Positions 34,884 through 42,914 of a DNA stretch of 61,591 bases are shown piece after piece. The notes under the pieces are model-generated. The model ran no database searches and was not told the origin of the DNA. It worked only from the letters and a program-made list of their open reading frames with translations. The position numbers and the translations under genes were made by a program. This DNA comes from Solirubrobacterales bacterium (GTDB lineage Bacteria; Actinomycetota; Thermoleophilia; Solirubrobacterales; 70-9), in contig DASYJK010000100.1 of the NCBI GenBank assembly GCA_035996525.1, positions 1 to 61,591 of the forward strand, written 5' to 3'. How positions within the stretch are numbered: position 1 is the stretch's first letter; every line of letters begins with the position of its first letter.

Positions 34884-35428
34884 CCCAGCTCGCAGCGATC
34901 AGCCCGGGGGTGGGAGGTGCCGCGATCGGCGCCGCCGTCGGCCTCTTCGGCGTCCTCGTCGGGCTGTGGATCAACGGCGACCGGGCCGAGCGGGGACGCC
35001 GCCGCGATCTGCACGCCCGCGCCCTCGCGGCCGTGCTCGACTACGGCGAGATGCCGTTCATGATCCGCCGCCGGCGCGCCGAGCCGGCGGAGCGAAGCGC
35101 CGAGCGGATCCGCCTCTCCGACCACTTCTCCGCCGTGAAAGCCGAGATCTCGACCTGCCAGGTGCTGCTCTCCGCCGACGGCGCGCAGGCCATCGCCGGT
35201 GCCTACGACCGCCTGGTCGACACCGCTCGTGCCGTGGTCGGCAAAGAGGCCCACGAGGCCTGGACCGAGGAGCCGATCACCACCGACGCGGAGATGAACA
35301 TGGGGCCGCTGTTCCAGCGACTTGCGGGACTCCGGACCCAGCTCGACGAGTTCGAGGCCGAGCTCGCCTGGGCGACTCTTCCACGCCGCAGACGACTCTG
35401 GCGTCGGCTGAGGCGACGGGGGCCCTAG
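34880..35428 (+). CDS. Single-pass membrane protein with helical cytoplasmic domain and Arg-rich tail (candidate effector)
   Basis: GTG overlaps E2-like stop (GTGA); N-terminal TM GVGGAAIGAAVGLFGVLVGLWI, then charged helical region, tail LPRRRRLWRRLRRRGP; no known domain recognised. Confidence 0.5.
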   Translation: MTQLAAISPGVGGAAIGAAVGLFGVLVGLWINGDRAERGRRRDLHARALAAVLDYGEMPFMIRRRRAEPAERSAERIRLSDHFSAVKAEISTCQVLLSADGAQAIAGAYDRLVDTARAVVGKEAHEAWTEEPITTDAEMNMGPLFQRLAGLRTQLDEFEAELAWATLPRRRRLWRRLRRRGP

Positions 35429-35739
35429 GCCGTGAGGTCTGCGCAGCCGTTGGCAATTTTGCATACCGAGCCAGGACGGCCTGCGAGTCTGGCGGTCCCC
35501 GTCGCGGAACGTCGTGGTTCAGAGCCGTAGCTTGTTACCGCCATCCGGCGGAATCTTCTCGACTCGGTGGGCGCCTGAGAACAGATCGAGCCGCCCCACC
35601 CAGACGACCACGCCCATTGCGAGTTCTGCGGCGCCAAGTTCATGGGATCCCGCCATCAGTCTGCACTCTCTCGAAGCGCCCAGACCATTCCTCCAATTAG
35701 GATTTCCAGAACGGTAGAGCTAAGCCTAGGGAGGCGTCT

Positions 35740-37146
35740 ATGAATACCGGTGGGGAGGATAGCGTCGAGGTTGATCAGAGCGTTCCGCTTTTCGGCGCTC
35801 GCAAGCGGGCCAAGGAGCTCGCGGCAGAAACTTCTGAGCTCCGACGGGAGCTCGACCGGCTCGGCGGCCTTACCGTGCTTGAACTGGAAGCAAAGAAGCA
35901 GGCTTTGGCCGACGAGATAGAGGCCCAGCGCGAGCGTTTGGACAGCGAGAAGACCGCGGGCGTCGAGGCGCTAAGCAGGCAGATTGAGGAGGCGACGGCT
36001 GCGCTGAACGCCGAGCTGGCTGCAGCAAAATTGCAGAAAACAGAGCTCGAGCGCCAGATCGCCGAGCTGAACCAGCAAGTCGTGGTGACCGAGGAGACGG
36101 CGCTTCTCCAGGAAGCCGGTGTCTACGACTATCACCATCCGCTCAGCGATTCCGTCGAGTATCAAGAGGCACTGAAGGCGGTTCGTGAGCAGGTTAAAGC
36201 AATGACGCGCAAGGACGGCGGCGCGGTTAGGGGCGCCACTCAGTGGACCGTCAACGGTTCACTCCCCCAAGGCCGAAAGATGGTCCGGGACTTCTCGAAA
36301 CTGATGCTTCGTGCCTATAACGCCGAGGCAGACAACCTGGTTCGCAGCTTGAAGCCCTACAAGCTCGATGCCGCCAAGGAGCGCCTAACGAAGGTTGTCG
36401 CGACGATTGCACGCCTCGGACGGACGATGGACATCCACATATCGGGGCCCTATCACGAGTTGCGTGAATACGAGCTGGAGCTGACCGCCGACTACCGACA
36501 GAAGCTCGCCGAGGAGAAGGAGCGCGAGCGCGAAGAAAAAGAGCAGCTTCGCGAAGAGCGAAAAGCCCAGCAGGAAATGGAGCGCGAGCGGGCTCGGCTG
36601 GAAAAGGAGCGGCAGCACTATCTGAACGCATTGGAGTCGCTGCGCGAGAAAGGGGACGCGGAAGCAGTGGCCAGGCACGAGGCCGAGCTCGAGAGGATCC
36701 AACGGGCGATCGACGACGTCGACTATCGGGCAGCGAACATCCGCGCCGGCTACGTCTACGTGATCTCGAACGTGGGCTCATTCGGCGAGGGCGTCGTGAA
36801 GATCGGCTTGACCCGACGGCTCGATCCCTCGGAACGCGTGCGCGAGTTAGGCGACGCCTCAGTTCCCTTTCGTTTCGACACGCACGCGTTGCTGTTCTCA
36901 AAGGACGCGGTTGGGATCGAGGCAAGTCTTCATCAGCGCCTTGCCGCGTGCCGCGTAAACCGGATCAACACCCGCCGCGAGTTTTTCTACGCGACTCCCG
37001 CAGAGGTCAAGGCACATCTGCTGGATGTAGCGGGAGAGCTCCTGTCATACGAGGAGACTCCCGAGGCGCTGGAATTCCGTCAAAGCCAGAACATGGCCGC
37101 CGCTGAAACCGCCGATCGGGCATCGAACACTCTGCCGACGGTCTGA
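35740..37146 (+). CDS. DUF4041-like + T5orf172/MUG113 (GIY-YIG-superfamily) nuclease-domain protein
   Basis: GGGAGG + ATG; coiled coils; C-terminal GYVYVISNVGSFGEGVVKIGLTRRLDPSERVRELGDASVPFRFDTHALLFS...LHQRL...REFF is the T5orf172 signature. Confidence 0.75.
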   Translation: MNTGGEDSVEVDQSVPLFGARKRAKELAAETSELRRELDRLGGLTVLELEAKKQALADEIEAQRERLDSEKTAGVEALSRQIEEATAALNAELAAAKLQKTELERQIAELNQQVVVTEETALLQEAGVYDYHHPLSDSVEYQEALKAVREQVKAMTRKDGGAVRGATQWTVNGSLPQGRKMVRDFSKLMLRAYNAEADNLVRSLKPYKLDAAKERLTKVVATIARLGRTMDIHISGPYHELREYELELTADYRQKLAEEKEREREEKEQLREERKAQQEMERERARLEKERQHYLNALESLREKGDAEAVARHEAELERIQRAIDDVDYRAANIRAGYVYVISNVGSFGEGVVKIGLTRRLDPSERVRELGDASVPFRFDTHALLFSKDAVGIEASLHQRLAACRVNRINTRREFFYATPAEVKAHLLDVAGELLSYEETPEALEFRQSQNMAAAETADRASNTLPTV

Positions 37147-37167
37147 GAGGAAGACTGAGCGCCAAAA

Positions 37168-39771
37168 ATGGAGACCCCGGAGTTCAACCAGTTTCTCGAT
37201 GGACTCGAGTCGGAGCGGTTTGGAGAGCTAAGGCCTGCCCAAGCCGCTGTCCTCAACGAATACGCATTAGATCATCTCGAGACGCCAGATCTCGCCATCG
37301 AGCTCCCGACCGGCGCCGGTAAGAGCTTGGTAGCACTCCTAATCGGAGAGGCATGGCGTCAGCAAGGACGAACGGTGGCCGTACTCACCGGTAACAAAAC
37401 CCTTGCAACTCAGATGGAGCGAGAGGGTAACGACCTCAATGCCCCCGTCGCACGGATGGAGGGTCGCGGTCCCGACATCCCCTTGAGCTTAAGACGGCGG
37501 TATCGACGCGCCGCAGCAATTGGCGTGATGAATTACTGGGTGATGTTCAACACGAATCCAGTGGTCGACTCCGCAGATCTTTTGGTGATCGACGATGCCC
37601 ACCTCGCGGAGAATGCCCTCCAGAGCCTATTTTCGATGCGGATAGACCGCTACGCACATCCGCAACTCTTCTCGATGCTCGTTACGGAGCTTTCTGCACG
37701 CCTCCCGGACTATGCGAGTCTGGAGGATGCCCAAAGTGATGATCCCTATCCTCGCGCGGGCGTCGAGCTGATGTCCTTCCTGGATCAGGCGGGTGTGGCG
37801 GGCCGCATCCGGGAGGTCGTGGAGGGCGCGCCAGAGCTCGTCACTGATCGAGACCTACCATTTCGCTGGCGTGGCGTTCGAGACCGGCTCGCCGAGTGCA
37901 ACGTCTACCTATCCCAGCGGTCAATCACGATACGACCGTTCTGTCTGCCCGTGCAAACTCTGCCGCGCTGGAGCGATCCGACGCAGCGTCTCTACCTCTC
38001 GGCCACTATCGGAGATCCTGCTGACCTCCAACGCCGACTTGGATGTGGTCCCATCACCAAGATCGGCTCTGACGCTGATACCCCGACCTTAGGTCGAAGG
38101 TTGATCGTGCTCAATAACGACATAGAGGCACCCCAAGATCAGTTGCTGCCGGAGCGGGCAGCATCTGTTGTACTCGACGCGCTTCGCGTTACGCCGAAGG
38201 CAATTTGGCTTTGCGCATCGACCGCGCAGGCGGAGAGCTGGATGACGGCAATCCCTCCATGGTTGAATGCCCATGGGGTGCCCGTTGGGCCGGTGTGGCT
38301 ATTGAGCTCGATGGGAGATGAGATTGAGCTCTTCCAGTCTGCAGCTGCTGGTCACCTCTTCGTCGCTGGGCGGTTCGACGGAATGGATTTCGCCGGGGAT
38401 CAGTGCAGATTAGTTGTGCTGGCAACGTTGCCTCGCGCTGTAAACGATCAGGAGCAGTTCATCTCGGACTACTTACGTGATGCGTCGTTCCTGACGGGGC
38501 GGACTAACGAACGAATCATTCAGGCACTCGGTCGCTGCAATCGACATGCCGGTGATTTCGCTGTGTACGTGCTTGCGGATCGACGTTTCGCTGCTCACTT
38601 GGGGCAGGAGGCGAACCGGACCGGGTTGTCGGCTGCGATACAGGCTGAGCTTGATCTCGCAGAGGAGCTCGATGAGGTAGGGGACGCCGAGCTCTCAAGT
38701 CGAATCACGGAATTTCTAAACGGCGACTTCGCGGCCTACGATCAGCAGCTGGCTGAACTCAGGTACGAGCTGCCGCCGCCTTTGCTTCCCGCACCCGACG
38801 AAGCGGACGAGGAAGTTCGGGGTTGGCTCGCGCTGAACGGCCGGCAAGACTACTTGGCGGCGGAGACTCACTTTCGCAAGCGGCAAGAAGAACTTGGTTC
38901 CTTGGAGCTCCGGGAGCTCGGAGCCTTCATGCAGTACACGCAGGCAAAGGCGTCATTTCTTGAGGGATCGCGCGGGGATGCGGCTGCTGCAGCCCGCAGC
39001 AGGGTCGCGATGGATGGTGCAATTGAGCGAGGCGGGAGTTCGAGCGCTTGGTTTAACCGACTGCGCTCTTCCGTAGCGCGAAGCAGTCAGACGGACGAAG
39101 CGATAACTGTCAGCGGAAACGAGTTTCGAGCCGTTTGCGTGCGCAGCATTGATGAGCAGCTCGAGAGAACCCCGCCGGGATCGAAGCTTGACCGCTGGCG
39201 ACAACGGCTCGCAGATCAGCTGTCTTCAGGCTCGCATAACGAGTACGCGGCAGGTCTTGGCGCCATCGGAGGATTGCTGGGCTACAGCGCTGTCTTCCCC
39301 AAGTACGGTGCCGCAACTGACTGCCGGTGGCGCGGAGTATTTGGGAATGCCCGAGAGGCAATTACCTTCGAGTGCAAGATCGAGCACAAGCCGGGTTCTG
39401 AGATCGACGCACGGGCAGTGGGACAAGCTCACAATCAACGTGCCCGTGCGGTCACTGAGCTGGAGAAGAGTGGGTATGCAGTACGGGGTCTGATCGTCAC
39501 CCATCTCGATCGCCTCGCGGCCGATGCCGCCCCAGGCTTAGGCGAGATCGTGGTTATGTCGGCTGAGGCTGTTGCCGCCTTGCGATCCCGACTGGATCAG
39601 CTCTTGGCCAGCCTGGCCAGCGGATGGTCCCTCGAGGATCCACAGGCCCGGGTCGCTGCTGGTGAGGAGCTGGCTTCGAGGCTGCCGGACACTGGCTGGT
39701 TGATCGATGCGATCGATAATGCCGATCGATTCTTGAACGCTGAGTCGTTGCTGGCAGACTGGCCTGACTGA
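37168..39771 (+). CDS. SF2 (DExH-type) helicase fused to C-terminal PD-(D/E)xK nuclease-like domain
   Basis: ELPTGAGKS (I), LLVIDDAHL (II), LYLSATIGD (III), FVAGRFDGMDFAG (V), QALGRCNRH (VI); C-term ATDCRWRGVFGNAREAITFECKIEH = D..E.K. Confidence 0.8.
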   Translation: METPEFNQFLDGLESERFGELRPAQAAVLNEYALDHLETPDLAIELPTGAGKSLVALLIGEAWRQQGRTVAVLTGNKTLATQMEREGNDLNAPVARMEGRGPDIPLSLRRRYRRAAAIGVMNYWVMFNTNPVVDSADLLVIDDAHLAENALQSLFSMRIDRYAHPQLFSMLVTELSARLPDYASLEDAQSDDPYPRAGVELMSFLDQAGVAGRIREVVEGAPELVTDRDLPFRWRGVRDRLAECNVYLSQRSITIRPFCLPVQTLPRWSDPTQRLYLSATIGDPADLQRRLGCGPITKIGSDADTPTLGRRLIVLNNDIEAPQDQLLPERAASVVLDALRVTPKAIWLCASTAQAESWMTAIPPWLNAHGVPVGPVWLLSSMGDEIELFQSAAAGHLFVAGRFDGMDFAGDQCRLVVLATLPRAVNDQEQFISDYLRDASFLTGRTNERIIQALGRCNRHAGDFAVYVLADRRFAAHLGQEANRTGLSAAIQAELDLAEELDEVGDAELSSRITEFLNGDFAAYDQQLAELRYELPPPLLPAPDEADEEVRGWLALNGRQDYLAAETHFRKRQEELGSLELRELGAFMQYTQAKASFLEGSRGDAAAAARSRVAMDGAIERGGSSSAWFNRLRSSVARSSQTDEAITVSGNEFRAVCVRSIDEQLERTPPGSKLDRWRQRLADQLSSGSHNEYAAGLGAIGGLLGYSAVFPKYGAATDCRWRGVFGNAREAITFECKIEHKPGSEIDARAVGQAHNQRARAVTELEKSGYAVRGLIVTHLDRLAADAAPGLGEIVVMSAEAVAALRSRLDQLLASLASGWSLEDPQARVAAGEELASRLPDTGWLIDAIDNADRFLNAESLLADWPD

Positions 39772-39926
39772 CGCGGGCTCCGCGGCCGCTGGGATCCGAA
39801 GGCGTGAACCTCTGCAGGACTCAGTAGGGAATTGACGTGAGGCAGGAGGGGCGATTCACGGCCAAGACGCTCGCCTGACTGATGGTTGAGTGATTCGACG
39901 GATAGGAGCGTTAGGGTCAGGTCGGG

Positions 39927-40712
39927 ATGGCGCGCAAGACCCAGACGCTGAGTGCGGAGAAGATCGGCAAGCCCGGCCGTGCGCCATTGCAGGCTGCACT
40001 GGTCGAGATGCGTGAGATGGGTGCCCGGACTTTCCTGCAGGTTGAGGAGATCTATCTGGGGGCGATGCGGGAATTCGACCAATTGGTCGCAGACGGCACG
40101 GCCGATGCCGGCGACATGCGGAACGGCAAGGGCGACTTCTTCAACGACATGCTGGCTCTGTTGCTCGCCAACTGTTCGGGCAAGGAGCTCCACAGCAGGC
40201 CGGGGGTCCCAGGACTCAGCTTTAAGAAGCACAAACTTGATGTCGCTTACCCGGCGAGGGGCGCTGTCGACCTCGTGATCGAGACCAAGGCGACGGGCCT
40301 CCCCAAACACCCCGGCAATGAGAAGCAGAAGAACCCGGAAGGGCGACCGGGGTCCGCAGATCTTGAGAAGAGAATCAAGGAGGCGAGCTTCAAGAACATC
40401 GACATCAAGGCTGAGCAGGCGCGGCTCGCTGGCGAAGGCGGGGGTCCGACCTCCGACCTCGGGACGTGGATCAGACGTGCTCCACCCCTCTGCTACATGT
40501 TCCTAGCCGTGCGCACGATCGATGCGGTCGACCTGAGGCGCACGATCGACTACGGACATGTGGCGAGCGTCTGGTTCGACGCCTGCGGGGTCTACTGCTA
40601 CGGCTGGAACGAGCGCAAGGATGCCTACGTTGCCAAGGACGTCAGGGCGGCGAACATCGAGCTCGACAGGGTCCTCTCCCAGGTCTGCACGGCGCTGCGG
40701 AACCTGCCCTAG
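39927..40712 (+). CDS. Probable type II restriction endonuclease (PD-(D/E)xK)
   Basis: NGKGDFFNDMLALLL and LDVAYPARGAVDLVIETKATG (D...E.K); convergent with, and overlapping by 4 nt, a DNA methyltransferase gene. Confidence 0.55.
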   Translation: MARKTQTLSAEKIGKPGRAPLQAALVEMREMGARTFLQVEEIYLGAMREFDQLVADGTADAGDMRNGKGDFFNDMLALLLANCSGKELHSRPGVPGLSFKKHKLDVAYPARGAVDLVIETKATGLPKHPGNEKQKNPEGRPGSADLEKRIKEASFKNIDIKAEQARLAGEGGGPTSDLGTWIRRAPPLCYMFLAVRTIDAVDLRRTIDYGHVASVWFDACGVYCYGWNERKDAYVAKDVRAANIELDRVLSQVCTALRNLP

Positions 40713-42430
40713 CTTTGGACGGCGACTGGACGGGCGCCGCGCGACCGGCGCCTGGCACGGAGCTGCGCACCGCCATCGCGAAGCGCGCGGATCTCTTCAC
40801 CCGAGAGCCCCAAACCCTCGCCGAGGACGATCGGATCGATGAGGTCGAGGGCCGCCTCCAGTTCGCGGCTGCGGATCAGCCCATCGACCTCGTCCAGTAA
40901 TTCACCCAGGTTCTCGGGCACGGGGGGCAGGATCAATGAGCCGGCCTCGGTCGGCTCGAGCTTCAAGACGCCGCCGCCGTAGCTGCGTCCGACGAGCTCC
41001 GCGCTGAGGAGCGTGAGGCTGTTGTAGAAGGCAACACCGAGCGAAGCCGCGTCCATGGGGGTCTTGAGATAGACGCCGTGGATCGTGTTCGTTTGGAGGA
41101 CGCCGGCCTCGTTGAGGACAAGGCGCGGATGCTCACTCGCGAAGTAGGTGAGGAGAAGATCCGCGACGCCGCGCCTTGGAATCGGCACCGACCACCAAGG
41201 CTCGCGGACGCGGCATTTGTAGGCGTCGGGTACCCCCATCTCCTCGCCCACCGCGATCCGGTTCTGCACGGCCGGACTTCGTGGCTTCGAGCCGGTGTCG
41301 GCCACGAACATGAGCCCTTTTCGTCCGTCGGCCAGAAGCCGGGAGTGATCCTCGGCGGAGAGGCGCGCTCCAGCGATCTGCGCAGCCTTGCTTACCGCCG
41401 GGTGGACCACCCGTCTGGGCATGCCTTTGGCCTCGGCGCGAGTCAGCAGGAAAAAGTCGTTGGAGCCAGTAACGGCACCGATGTCGACTGCTGCAATGTC
41501 TGCGAGTTTCGTCGTCTCGGGTCTGCCGGAGAGCTCGGTGAGAAGGTCCCGAGTCTCCGCGGGAAGGAGCCTGCCCAAGAGCTTCCCAGGTGCGTGCGAG
41601 TCGCCGGACTGGTTGATCGCGGGAAAGAGCTGCGAGGTGTCGAGCTCTGCGAGGGACTCGAATGAGACGAGATCGACTGAGCCTTGGGCGTCGATGTTCC
41701 GCCCCTCGGCGAAGAGGAGGACGACCTCCTCTAGTGCCCCCGGGAAGACTCGTTGGTCGAAGACGGCGATTGCGATGCGGTCGAAGTTCGCCGCCAGATG
41801 ACGCGTAATCCCCGTCGCGTACTGGGCATGGATCAACTCCGCTGGGAGGACCTGGGCCATCCGCCCTCCGTCGCTGACGAAACTGGTCGCGTGGATTAGG
41901 AAAGGCGCCCACGAGGAGGCGAGGCGGGTGAGTGGCACGCCGGCCTCAGCGGCGATCCGATGAGCGACCTCGGCGGTGCCGTTGAAGTCCTGATAGCGGA
42001 CGTAAGGCGGGTTGCCGACTACGGCCTCGACCCGCGGAGTCTCCTCGCCGGGCCGCATGTCGAAGAAGTCGCCACGATGGAGCGTAGCCTCCTCGGTCCC
42101 TGCGAGTGGCCGGAGGAACGCGCCCTCATCGACGTCGGCGCCAAAGACTTGTGCTTGGGTGGCCTTGGGATTTGCCCCGAGCAGCTTGAGCCTCCGCAGC
42201 GCAGCTTCCAGGAACACGAATCCGCCGAAGCTGGGATCGAAGACCCGATCATCCGGCGAGCGCACCGCCCAGTCGACAAGGGCGGCCGCCATCTCGGGGG
42301 GCGTATAGAAGGCGCCGAGCGCCTTTCTGGCTTGGCGCTCGGTCAGCGTCGCGGTCATCCCAGCGACTTTATGGATGCCGGCGGATCGTTGATCGGTCTT
42401 GAACCCAGGGAGCGTGTCTTGCCGGTGCAT
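40709..42430 (-). CDS. N6-adenine DNA methyltransferase (gamma-class, Eco57I/TaqI-like) with C-terminal TRD
   Basis: GAFYTPPEMAAALVDW, VFDPSFGGFVFL (motif I), VVGNPPYVRYQDF (motif IV NPPY); alt start 42358. Confidence 0.85.
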   Translation of the reverse strand: MHRQDTLPGFKTDQRSAGIHKVAGMTATLTERQARKALGAFYTPPEMAAALVDWAVRSPDDRVFDPSFGGFVFLEAALRRLKLLGANPKATQAQVFGADVDEGAFLRPLAGTEEATLHRGDFFDMRPGEETPRVEAVVGNPPYVRYQDFNGTAEVAHRIAAEAGVPLTRLASSWAPFLIHATSFVSDGGRMAQVLPAELIHAQYATGITRHLAANFDRIAIAVFDQRVFPGALEEVVLLFAEGRNIDAQGSVDLVSFESLAELDTSQLFPAINQSGDSHAPGKLLGRLLPAETRDLLTELSGRPETTKLADIAAVDIGAVTGSNDFFLLTRAEAKGMPRRVVHPAVSKAAQIAGARLSAEDHSRLLADGRKGLMFVADTGSKPRSPAVQNRIAVGEEMGVPDAYKCRVREPWWSVPIPRRGVADLLLTYFASEHPRLVLNEAGVLQTNTIHGVYLKTPMDAASLGVAFYNSLTLLSAELVGRSYGGGVLKLEPTEAGSLILPPVPENLGELLDEVDGLIRSRELEAALDLIDPIVLGEGLGLSGEEIRALRDGGAQLRARRRSRGARPVAVQS

Positions 42431-42505
42431 ATTCCTTTGAGTCCCGGCGAGCCACGGATTCTCCCCTCCTCAAGAGAAGCTCGGCTTATGAGGGCGACAG
42501 AAGTC

Positions 42506-42540
42506 TCACGCGAGCGTCCACCCCGTGGGCGCTCGCGTGA
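42506..42540. other. Long inverted repeat (16-bp stem, 3-nt loop) in 484-bp intergenic region; candidate oriT/regulatory hairpin
   Basis: TCACGCGAGCGTCCAC-ccc-GTGGGCGCTCGCGTGA (one T.G position); upstream of both the methylase and the coupling-protein genes, so not a terminator for either. Confidence 0.35.
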
Positions 42541-42914
42541 TCCAGTTGTCGGCCGGCCTGGACGACCTATCGGAGCGCCGTCGTATCCGCGCAAAACACG
42601 CAGAAATCTGAGCCACCCCCCAAATGTATTAGCGCGGATTACCGGGGATTGCCCTCGATTGGGGAATCCGATTTTTTCGACTTGACTTCTCCATTTCGCG
42701 GAGCTACTCCGGAAGGAATGAACACCTTCCACTGCTATAGGAGGCCCCGTTTGAACGCAACTGAGCTCGTTCTCTTATTCACACACCCGACCGCACAACA
42801 AACCGCTTATCCGACCGCTCACGATCGGGCCGCGACCCCACCTATCCCGCGCTGTCTGTGCGCTTCCGCCGTCGCGATTTTGCCGACATCTCTGCTCCCC
42901 GTCGAGGTCGGTCC

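Noticed and set aside
34547-35464. 305-aa minus-strand ORF opposite the E2-like and 1-TM genes
   Set aside because: It has no motif content and overlaps three + strand genes that are linked by start/stop overlaps and show better coding character.
35429-35739. Possible small Zn-ribbon gene (…PPHPDDHAHCEFCGAKFMGS…) or ORF 35425..35643 on the minus strand
   Set aside because: The HxHCEFCxxKF-like stretch sits in a frame bounded by stops (TGA 35576..35578) and has no start codon or ribosome-binding site. The minus-strand ORF has no recognisable features. At most this is a decayed fragment, so I treat the region as intergenic.
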